This document shows, one piece after another, positions 16,262 to 24,067 of a stretch of DNA of 32,379 bases. A model generated the notes under the pieces. That model was not told the origin of the DNA and ran no database searches. It worked only from the letters and a program-made list of their open reading frames with translations. Made by a program: the position numbers and the translations under genes. The DNA is from an uncultured Planctomycetota bacterium. GTDB lineage: Bacteria > Planctomycetota > Phycisphaerae > SM23-33. Within the stretch, counting starts at the first letter, position 1; every line of letters starts with the position of its first letter. The stretch lies in contig CAITIS010000085.1 in assembly GCA_903892515.1 (NCBI GenBank), forward strand, positions 1 through 32,379. The letters run 5' to 3'.

Positions 16262-17317
16262 TTGGAGTGTGCGAACGTGAGTGACTTGCGAGACCCGGTT
16301 CTGGATGCACTGCACTTTCGGCCGCCGGCGTACGTGCCCTGGGCGTGGAAGATGACGATTCCCTGCCGCCAGCGGGTCAGCGAGTTCCTCGGCGGTCAGC
16401 CGGCTGAGACGATGCTCGAGAGCCACTTTCTCGACATCAAAAGCCCGGTGCGCCGCTACGAGCCCATTGGAGAAGGACTGGTTCGCGACAGCTTTGGCGT
16501 GACCTGGGACCGCTCCGTTGATCCCGACATTGGCACGCCCGTTGATTGGCCGCTCAGGGAGCCCAAAGATCTCTTGCGGTATCGATTCCCCGTGGCCGAT
16601 GACGCGTCCTTGTACGAGTTCGTCGGCCCTGAACTGAAACAGAGCCGCGGACGCTTTGGCCGCTTCTGCATCGGCCTGTCGCTGTACGAGCGAGCCTGGA
16701 CGCTGCGCGGGATGACGCAGTTGTTCGAGGACATGATCGACCGGCCGGAGTTCGTGGAGGAGTTGTTCGACGCCATCGCCGATCACACCATCCAGCAGGT
16801 GCATCAAGCCTTGAAGTTCGATTTCGACGCCTTTCATTTCGGCGACGATTACGGCATGCAGACCGGCCTGATCATGGGCCTGGATCGCTGGCGGCGATTG
16901 TTCAAACCCCGGCTGGCGCGAATCTTCGAACCGGTCCGCAAGGCCGGCAAGTTCATCTTTCTGCACTCCTGCGGCAAGGTCGAGAGCCTGCTGGACGACT
17001 TCGTCGAGATCGGGCTGAGCTGCCTGGACCCGTTCCAGCCCGAGGTGATGGACACGGTGGCCTTGATAAAGAAATACCATGGTCGCCTGGCCTTCCACGG
17101 CGGCTTGAGCATTCAAAAGACCCTGCCCTTCGGCTCGCAGGCCGACGTTCGGCGCCAGACCCAACGACTCATCGACGCCGGCAGCGCTGGCGGGCTCATC
17201 TTCTCGCCGGCCCACGCCGTGCCGGGCGATGTTCCACCTGAAAACCTGCGGGCGATGATGGATGTGCTTAAGGCGCAGCCCGGCTACCGCGCGAGCTTTG
17301 GCTCGCAAACTCTTTGA
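16262..17317 (+). CDS. URO-D-like (uroporphyrinogen decarboxylase / MtaA-like methyltransferase fold) family protein, paralog 2
   Basis: Has the hallmarks of the URO-D family TIM barrel: FGDDYGMQTGL, FLHSCGKV, HGGLSIQ. The start is uncertain (TTG at 16262 or GTG at 16277). Confidence 0.65.
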   Translation: MECANVSDLRDPVLDALHFRPPAYVPWAWKMTIPCRQRVSEFLGGQPAETMLESHFLDIKSPVRRYEPIGEGLVRDSFGVTWDRSVDPDIGTPVDWPLREPKDLLRYRFPVADDASLYEFVGPELKQSRGRFGRFCIGLSLYERAWTLRGMTQLFEDMIDRPEFVEELFDAIADHTIQQVHQALKFDFDAFHFGDDYGMQTGLIMGLDRWRRLFKPRLARIFEPVRKAGKFIFLHSCGKVESLLDDFVEIGLSCLDPFQPEVMDTVALIKKYHGRLAFHGGLSIQKTLPFGSQADVRRQTQRLIDAGSAGGLIFSPAHAVPGDVPPENLRAMMDVLKAQPGYRASFGSQTL

Positions 17318-17328
17318 GAGGAACTGCA

Positions 17329-18675
17329 ATGGCGTTTCCGAAAGACTTTGTCTGGGGCGTGGCCGCATCGTCGTACCAGATTGAAGGCGCACTGGCCGAG
17401 GATGGCCGCAAGCCGTCGGTGTGGGACATGTTCTGCGCCCGGCCAGGGGCGATCTGGATGGGCCATAACGCCGCCGTTGCCTGCGACCACTGGCACCGTC
17501 ACAAGGAAGACGTCGCGCTGATGAAGCAACTCGGCATGAAGGCCTACCGGCTGTCGATCGCCTGGCCGCGGGTGATTCCCGACGGCACCGGCGCGGTCAA
17601 TGCCAAGGCCCTGGACTTCTACAGCCGCCTGGTAGACGACCTGCTGGCGGCGGGCATCGAGCCCTGGGTCACGCTGTTTCATTGGGACTTCCCGTACGAT
17701 CTCTACTGCCGCGGCGGCTGGCTGAATCGCGACGTGGCCGAGTGGTTCGCGGAATATTCTGCCGTGGTGGCTCGGCGCCTGGGCGACCGGGTGACAAAGT
17801 GGATGACGATCAACGAGCCCGAATGCGTCTCCGTGCTGGGCCATCAGATCGGCATCCAGGCGCCCGGCGACAAGCTGGCCCCCAACGAAGTCGTCCGCGT
17901 CATGCACCACCTGCTGCTATCTCATGGCCGGAGCGTTCAGGCAGTGCGGGCCAATGCCAAGAGCAAGCCCTCGGTCGGGCTGGTGTTTGCGGCCAGGATT
18001 TTCATGCCCGCCACGGAATCTGCCGCCGACATCGAGGCGGCGCGGACGTTGGCGATTCCCGGCAAGGCCGAAGATCTCTGGGCCAATGGCTGGTGGATGG
18101 ACCCCGTGCTGCTGGGCAAATACCCCGAGAGCTTCGTCAAGCATATCGCCCCGCCCATCGAGCCGGGCGACATGGAGATCATCTCCCAGAAGACGGACTT
18201 CATGGGCATGAACCTGTACAACGGCGCGTACATTCGGGCCACGGCCAACGGCCCCGAGGAAGTGCCGCCGCCCGAAGGCGTGGCCCTGACCTCCATCCAT
18301 TGGCCCTTCACGCCCGAGGCGTATCGCTGGGCCACCCGCTTCGCCTTTGAGCGGTATAAGCTGCCGATCTACATCACCGAAGGCGGCATGGGCGGGCTGG
18401 ATTGCGTATCCCCCGATGGCCAGGTGCGCGACCCGCAGCGGATCGCCTACCTGCACCGCTACTTTCTGGAGTTGGAGAAGGTCATCGCCGAAGGCGTGGA
18501 CGTCCGCGGCCACTTCATCTGGTCGATTATGGACAATTTTGAATGGGGCGAGGGCTACAAGCACCGCTGCGGAATCGTGTTTGTGGACTACCAGACGCAG
18601 CAGCGCATCCCGAAGGATTCGGCATGGTGGTACAAGCGGATCAGCGAGACGAACGGGCGGTCGTTGCATGAGTAA
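17329..18675 (+). CDS. Glycoside hydrolase family 1 beta-glycosidase (beta-glucosidase-like)
   Basis: ATG at 17329 (GAGGAA upstream) gives the typical GH1 N-terminus MAFPKDFVWGVAASSYQIEG. The acid/base motif is TINEP and the nucleophile motif is YITEGG. Confidence 0.9.
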   Translation: MAFPKDFVWGVAASSYQIEGALAEDGRKPSVWDMFCARPGAIWMGHNAAVACDHWHRHKEDVALMKQLGMKAYRLSIAWPRVIPDGTGAVNAKALDFYSRLVDDLLAAGIEPWVTLFHWDFPYDLYCRGGWLNRDVAEWFAEYSAVVARRLGDRVTKWMTINEPECVSVLGHQIGIQAPGDKLAPNEVVRVMHHLLLSHGRSVQAVRANAKSKPSVGLVFAARIFMPATESAADIEAARTLAIPGKAEDLWANGWWMDPVLLGKYPESFVKHIAPPIEPGDMEIISQKTDFMGMNLYNGAYIRATANGPEEVPPPEGVALTSIHWPFTPEAYRWATRFAFERYKLPIYITEGGMGGLDCVSPDGQVRDPQRIAYLHRYFLELEKVIAEGVDVRGHFIWSIMDNFEWGEGYKHRCGIVFVDYQTQQRIPKDSAWWYKRISETNGRSLHE

Positions 18676-18738
18676 GCGGCCCTCGGCGAGGTGCATCGAG
18701 CATATGGATTCCTTCACTAAATAGGCAATGGCGAGTTT

Positions 18739-20082
18739 ATGACAACTATCGAAACAATCGCTACCGAGATCGAAAAGGCGCTGTGCAACCAGCCGATGCT
18801 GGACGTGCACACGCACATTGACGCGGGGCATCTGTCCGCCCGCGGGCTGCATGACGTGCTGCTGTACCACATGGTCATCAGCGATCTGTACGCCGCCGGC
18901 TGTCCCAGCGGGCAGCGGATGAGCGAGTGGCCCGACGAGGCCGAGGCCCACTCGAGACTGGTCGAGGCCGTGCCGTTCCTGCCGAAGATTCAGAATACGT
19001 CCTGTTATTGGGGCGTCCGCATCATCCTGCGCGACCTGTACGGCTGGGAGGAGCCCCTCACGCCCGAAAACTGGCAGCGCGCCGACGCGATTATCCGCAA
19101 GCGATCCGGCGACGCCGCCTGGCCGCGGCAGATCATGGACCGGGCCGGGGTACGGCGAATCGGCGCGGAACTCGGCCGGCGCGGCGACGGCAGCGCTGAC
19201 GACATCATGCAATATGCCGTGGAGTCGGCGTTCTTCACGCGCGTGCAGCAGGGCCAGAACGATGCCCCGCTGTATGAACTCGAGCGAACGTGGGATTGCG
19301 ACAAATTGCCGCCGCCAATCTCCATCAATCTCGATGCCGCCACGAGGCCCAGGCCGCCCAAGACCATTCGCAGCGCCAAGGACGCCCGCCTGGCCATGGG
19401 CCATTACTGTGCGTTGATGCCGTTCGGCAAGGTCTTATCGACGGCGCAGCACATATCCACGGACATCCATTACCGCCTGGTGACGGACCAGGAGATGGAC
19501 GCAGCCGTCTCGCGCCGCGATTGCGCCACGGTGGCCGACCGCGACACGTACGCCAGCTTCCTGCTGGACCTGTTCCTGGCCGCTCTTTCCAAGCACAGCC
19601 ATGAGTTCGTCTACCAGTTTTCGCTGGGGGCCGAACCGCTGCCCTTCGAGACTGCCTCGCGCGTTTCGCAGCGGACGATCGCGCAGTTGGCCGACATTCT
19701 GCAGCGGTACCCCAAGCTGCGGTTCATGTGCTTCGTTTCCAGCCGGCACGCCAACCAATCGCTGTGCACGATGGCGCGCGAGTTGCCCAACCTGTCGCTG
19801 GCGGGGTATTGGTGGCACAACTTCTTCCCCGATGCGATCCGGCAGGTGATGAACGAGCGGCTGGATATGCTGCCGACGAACAAACAGGTGGGATTCTTCT
19901 CCGACGCCTATTGCATGGACTGGCTGTACGCCAAGGCCGTCATCGTGCGGAAGCAACTGGCCTGGGTGCTGGCGGGCAAGGTGGCGCAGGGACAATATGA
20001 CGTGAAAGCTGCATTGAGCATCGCCGAGGCGATCTTGCTGAAGACTCCGCAAGAACTGCTCGGCATGACAATCTACGGCTGA
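18739..20082 (+). CDS. Glucuronate isomerase (UxaC)-like amidohydrolase-fold protein
   Basis: LDVHTHID metal-binding motif near the N-terminus. Collinear pattern matches to E. coli UxaC as I recall it: [13 protein letters not shown] vs [30 protein letters not shown] vs [39 protein letters not shown] vs [28 protein letters not shown]. Confidence 0.65.
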   Translation: [447 protein letters not shown]

Positions 20083-20097
20083 TTTCGTGATGGCGTG

Positions 20098-20198
20098 GCA
20101 CGGGCGTCTCGCCCGTGTGTGTCACGACCGTCCCGGCCGTGAGGTCTTCGGTGCATGGGCGAGACGCCCATGACACGCATGGCCGAGACGGCCATGTC
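20098..20198. repeat. Cluster of three small hairpins of the GGGCG-GTCTC/GAGAC-CGCCC family (CACGGGCGTCTCGCCCGTG; CATGGGCGAGACGCCCATG; CATGGCCGAGACGGCCATG) in the uxaC-like/aldolase intergenic region
   Basis: Read from the sequence. Each unit is a 7-bp stem with a 5-nt loop. Units 1 and 2 are in inverted orientation ~35 nt apart. The same core occurs in the 12262-12339 inverted repeat. Confidence 0.7.
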
Positions 20199-20221
20199 AC
20201 CTTATAGGAAGGTTTGGACGT

Positions 20222-21034
20222 ATGGGACTTGGCAAGCAGATTCATCTGGGCCGGCTGTTCGGGCACTCGTCGGGCCGCCTGTGTTCGATCGCTGTGGATC
20301 ATTTCGTGGGCTATCACGAGGTCATGCCGCCGGGGCTGCGCGACCTGCCGCGGACGCTGCGGCAGATCGTGGCGGCTAAGCCTGACGCGGTCACCATGCA
20401 GATCGGCACGGCCAGGACGTGCTGGGCCGAGCATGCCGGCAAGGTGCCGCTGATCGTTCAGAGCATCATGGGCCGGCCTGACGACACGTGCGACGAGCAC
20501 CTGGCCGAGCCTGACGATGCCGTGCGCCTTGGCGCCGACGCCTTCGCCACCTGCGCGTTCATCCGTGGCCGGAGCGAGGGCGCACACCTGGCCCGCGTGA
20601 GCCGGTTCGTGCGGCAGGCGGAGACCTGGGACATCCCGGTGATCCTGCACATCTACCCGCGGCATTTCGCCCCCGACGGCAGCGTGGAGATTGTGTACGA
20701 GCCCCAGGAGATCGCCTGGTGCGTGCGCTGCGGCATCGAGGTGGGCGTGGACGTGATCAAGGTCCCCTACTGCGGCGACGTGGCCAGCTATCGCCAGATC
20801 ATCGACTCCTGCCCCGTGCCGGTCGTGGCCGCGGGCGGGCCGAAGGCGTCCACCTTGGGCGATGCGCTGGCGATGGCTTCTGCCGTGGTGGAGGCCGGCG
20901 CCAAGGGCATGACCATTGGCCGCAACGTCTGGGGCGTCGAGCAGATCACGCAGGCGGTGACCGCCTTCAAGGCCGTGGTGCATGACGGGCTATCGGCCCA
21001 GCAGGCCATGAAGCAAGCGGGCCAGGCACGGTGA
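20222..21034 (+). CDS. Class I aldolase of the DhnA/FbaB family (fructose-bisphosphate-aldolase-like; substrate unknown)
   Basis: 270 aa. IKVPY contains the candidate Schiff-base Lys, and GRNVWG matches the GRNIFQ signature of DhnA-type aldolases. AGGAAGG RBS. Confidence 0.7.
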   Translation: MGLGKQIHLGRLFGHSSGRLCSIAVDHFVGYHEVMPPGLRDLPRTLRQIVAAKPDAVTMQIGTARTCWAEHAGKVPLIVQSIMGRPDDTCDEHLAEPDDAVRLGADAFATCAFIRGRSEGAHLARVSRFVRQAETWDIPVILHIYPRHFAPDGSVEIVYEPQEIAWCVRCGIEVGVDVIKVPYCGDVASYRQIIDSCPVPVVAAGGPKASTLGDALAMASAVVEAGAKGMTIGRNVWGVEQITQAVTAFKAVVHDGLSAQQAMKQAGQAR

Positions 21035-21960
21035 TGACGAGCCCACAGTTCGACGTGCTGGGCATCGGCGTGCTGGCCGTGGATGAGATCATTCACGTCC
21101 TCTGCTATCCGCCGGCCGATGAGAAGGCCCCCGTGCTCAAGGAAGAACGGGTGTTTGGCGGCCTGATGGGCACAGCCTTAGCGGCCATCGCACAACTGGG
21201 CGGACACTGCGCGTATCTTGGCACGCTGGGCCAGGACGAGCTTTCGCGCTCGGTGCTCGCGGGGTTGTCGGAACTGGGCGTGGATGTCGATCGCGTCTCG
21301 GTCGCCTCCGCCGCCGGGCCGGTCCACAGCATCATCATTGCCGACGATTCAGCCCACACCCGCAACATCTTCTTCAACGAAAGCCGGGTCGCTCCGCCTG
21401 CCCTCACCGCCATCACGCCCGACGTGTTGCGTCGCTGCCGCGTGCTGCTGGTCGATCACGTGCACCTTCAGGCGGCCGTGGCGGCCTGCCGTTTGGCGCG
21501 CGAACTGGGCATTCCCAGTGTGGCCGATGTTGAGTCGAGTGGGGCCGCGCAGGCCGACGAACTCATCTCGGCCGTGGATCATCTCATCGTCTCGCGCAGC
21601 TTCGCCGCGGCGCTAACGGGCGCCAGCGAGCCGGCGGAAATGGTCCGATCGCTCTGCCGGAAGCACCCTCGCGCCTGCACGGCCGTGACGTGTGGCCGGT
21701 CGGGCGTGTACTTCGCCGGCGACGATGGCGCCGTGCAGCACCGCCCCGCCTACGTGGTCACGCCCATGGACACGACCGGCTGCGGCGACGTATTCCACGG
21801 GGCGTACGCGCTGGCGTTGGCTCGTGGCCAGGGCGTCGCACAGTGCATCGACTTTGCCGCCGCCGCTGCGGCCGTGTTTGCATCCCGGCCGCCCGGATGG
21901 CACAATCTGCCGCACGCTAGCGATGTGGCCGCCCTGCTTGGCCGGATAGAGAAGGAATGA
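21031..21960 (+). CDS. PfkB-family carbohydrate kinase
   Basis: N-terminal GxGxxxxD-type motif (VLGIGVLAVDEI) and C-terminal DTTGCGDVFHGAY (the PfkB DTxGAGD signature). The start (GTG 21031 or ATG 21034) overlaps the aldolase stop. Confidence 0.85.
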   Translation: MMTSPQFDVLGIGVLAVDEIIHVLCYPPADEKAPVLKEERVFGGLMGTALAAIAQLGGHCAYLGTLGQDELSRSVLAGLSELGVDVDRVSVASAAGPVHSIIIADDSAHTRNIFFNESRVAPPALTAITPDVLRRCRVLLVDHVHLQAAVAACRLARELGIPSVADVESSGAAQADELISAVDHLIVSRSFAAALTGASEPAEMVRSLCRKHPRACTAVTCGRSGVYFAGDDGAVQHRPAYVVTPMDTTGCGDVFHGAYALALARGQGVAQCIDFAAAAAAVFASRPPGWHNLPHASDVAALLGRIEKE

Positions 21961-21961
21961 G

Positions 21962-23950
21962 ATGACGTCTTCGATCACGTTGCGGATGCAATTCGCGCTG
22001 GGCCACGACGAGGCCATCGTTGCCGCCGAGATCGACCGGGTCTGCAAGCAGGCCAAGGTCGACGAGATCATGTTCTTCGCGTACGGCGAGGAATTGAACA
22101 ATGGCCATGAGAGCCTCCCCGAGATCGCGGCGTGGATGGCGTCGATTCGTCCGCACAAGCAGCGACTCGAAAAGGCCGGCATTTCGTGCAGCCTGAATCC
22201 GTGGCACACGCTGCTGCACATCGACCGCGGAAGGCGGCTCAAGCCCGATCAGCCGTGGCAGACGATGGTCGATTGGCAGGGCTCGCAGGCCACGTCCGTG
22301 GTCTGCCCGCTGGATGGCGCCTGGCAGAATTACTACGCGCAGGCGATGCAGCTCTTCGCGGCGGAGCGCTTCCGCGTGATCTGGATCGACGATGATTTCC
22401 GGTATCACAATCACCCGCCGCTGAACTGGGGCGGCTGTTTCTGCCCGCTGCATGTGGCCGAGTTCAACCGCCGCGCCGGCGCCCACGCCACGCGCGAGGA
22501 AATACTTCACGCTTGCCTCGGGGCGGGCCAGCCGCACCCGTGGCGGCAGATCTGGCTGGACATGTGGCAGGAGACCGCCCTGAAGTTGGCCGAGCGGTGG
22601 CAGGCGATCGTGGCAGCGCATGGCTGCAAGTTGGGGCTGATGTCGTCGGACTTCGACGCCCACAGCGCCGAGGGCCGGCACTGGAGCCAGTGGGCGCGGG
22701 CCTTTGCGGGCAGCGGGCCGTTCGTTCACCGGCCGCATTACTGGGTGTACTCCGACGTGATGGGCAAGGACGGCCTGGCCAACTCGATCGCCATGCTGGA
22801 CCAGAATCGGCGCGTCGAGCCGGCTGGCTCGGAAGTCGGACCCGAGGTCGACAACGGCTACTATTACCCGTGGAACAAGTCGTACCGCCAGACCACCGCC
22901 CAGCTGAACCTGGCCCAGGTCTTCGGCAGCACGAACCTCAACGTCAGCCTGTACGACTTCATGGGCAACCTGCCCTCCGACGACACCAGCCGGGTGAGCT
23001 TTCTTCAGAGCCTCCGGCCAAACCTGGATTTCCTGCAAATGCACTTCCCGCCGACGCTGCAAAGCCAGGGCATCGGCATCGTCTGGCGCGAGGACTACTC
23101 ACGCCGCATGCACGCTGCCAACCCCACGACGGGCTGGCGGGCATTGCATGGCCGTAGCCGGGCATGGGTGCCATGGCTGGGTGCGCTGGGGTTTGGCTTC
23201 CAGATGGCCGATGCGCCGGCGGTGAACGCGCTGGCAGGCGAGATGGCCTGGGCGCTGGACGATGCTGAACTGCATGGCCTGCTGGCTCAAGGCCTGCTGC
23301 TGGACGGCCCGGCGGCGATGGTGCTGGCCCAGCGCGGCTTTTCCGAGCATATCGGGCTGAGCCAGCCACGAACGGTCACGCAGCAGGATGTGCTGTACTC
23401 GATGGAGCAGTTCACCGACCCGGAGTTCGCTATGCGAGTCGGTTCAACGCAGAACGTCAACGCCGGCCACGACGCGATGGTGCAGGGCCGGCCCAGCGCT
23501 CGCGCCCGCGTCATCAGCCGACTGCTGGACCCGCGCGGTAATGACATCGGGCACGGCATGCTTCTCTTCGAGAACTCCCTGGGCGGACGGGTGCTGACCG
23601 TGCCCTTCGCCGCCACCGATGCCGTATTCATGAGCCCGCAGCGGGCCAGCGCGATGATTCCGGCGATCCAGTGGCTTGCCAAAGGCGCAGGTCTTGGCCG
23701 GTCCGGTGGCGGGGCCTGGCTGATTCCGCAGTTCATTTCCGACGGCAAGATCCATCGGGCCGTCATCTGGAATGCGGGCTTTGATCCGGTTGATGCTGTG
23801 AAACTGGAGCTGCCGTCTTCCTGGCCGGTTTTGCGGTCCGCCTATCACCTGCTCCCCGACGGCAAGAGCATCGAACTGGCCTGCAAGGACAACCAGTTCC
23901 GGCTCTCTCAACCGTTGGCGCAATGGGAACTCGTTGTGGCAATCGCCTAG
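21962..23950 (+). CDS. Hypothetical cytoplasmic protein (662 aa), unknown function, co-oriented within the sugar-utilisation array
   Basis: Long ORF immediately after the PfkB stop (a 1-nt gap). No signal peptide; Trp-rich; no motif I can assign. Confidence 0.55.
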   Translation: MTSSITLRMQFALGHDEAIVAAEIDRVCKQAKVDEIMFFAYGEELNNGHESLPEIAAWMASIRPHKQRLEKAGISCSLNPWHTLLHIDRGRRLKPDQPWQTMVDWQGSQATSVVCPLDGAWQNYYAQAMQLFAAERFRVIWIDDDFRYHNHPPLNWGGCFCPLHVAEFNRRAGAHATREEILHACLGAGQPHPWRQIWLDMWQETALKLAERWQAIVAAHGCKLGLMSSDFDAHSAEGRHWSQWARAFAGSGPFVHRPHYWVYSDVMGKDGLANSIAMLDQNRRVEPAGSEVGPEVDNGYYYPWNKSYRQTTAQLNLAQVFGSTNLNVSLYDFMGNLPSDDTSRVSFLQSLRPNLDFLQMHFPPTLQSQGIGIVWREDYSRRMHAANPTTGWRALHGRSRAWVPWLGALGFGFQMADAPAVNALAGEMAWALDDAELHGLLAQGLLLDGPAAMVLAQRGFSEHIGLSQPRTVTQQDVLYSMEQFTDPEFAMRVGSTQNVNAGHDAMVQGRPSARARVISRLLDPRGNDIGHGMLLFENSLGGRVLTVPFAATDAVFMSPQRASAMIPAIQWLAKGAGLGRSGGGAWLIPQFISDGKIHRAVIWNAGFDPVDAVKLELPSSWPVLRSAYHLLPDGKSIELACKDNQFRLSQPLAQWELVVAIA

Positions 23951-24067
23951 ACCGCGGCAGCGACTCGCGGCTGAATCAGGCGGAATTGCTGGTCCACGAC
24001 GCGCTATAGCGATAGCCTATTGCCAGGAAATGGCCCAGCGCGGCCACCTCGATGGAGTGTTCAAGCA

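Noticed and set aside
16238-17392. 384-aa minus-strand ORF antisense to URO-D-like paralog 2
   Set aside because: The sense frame carries the conserved URO-D motifs. The antisense frame is featureless.
17917-19404. 495-aa minus-strand ORF spanning the GH1 and uxaC-like genes
   Set aside because: It overlaps two strongly supported plus-strand genes and their intergenic region, with no recognisable domain. It is a high-GC antisense artefact.
19940-20983. 347-aa minus-strand ORF antisense to the aldolase gene, and 21917-23062 minus (381 aa) antisense to the 662-aa gene
   Set aside because: These are high-GC antisense frames with no RBS. The sense genes are in operon register with their neighbours.
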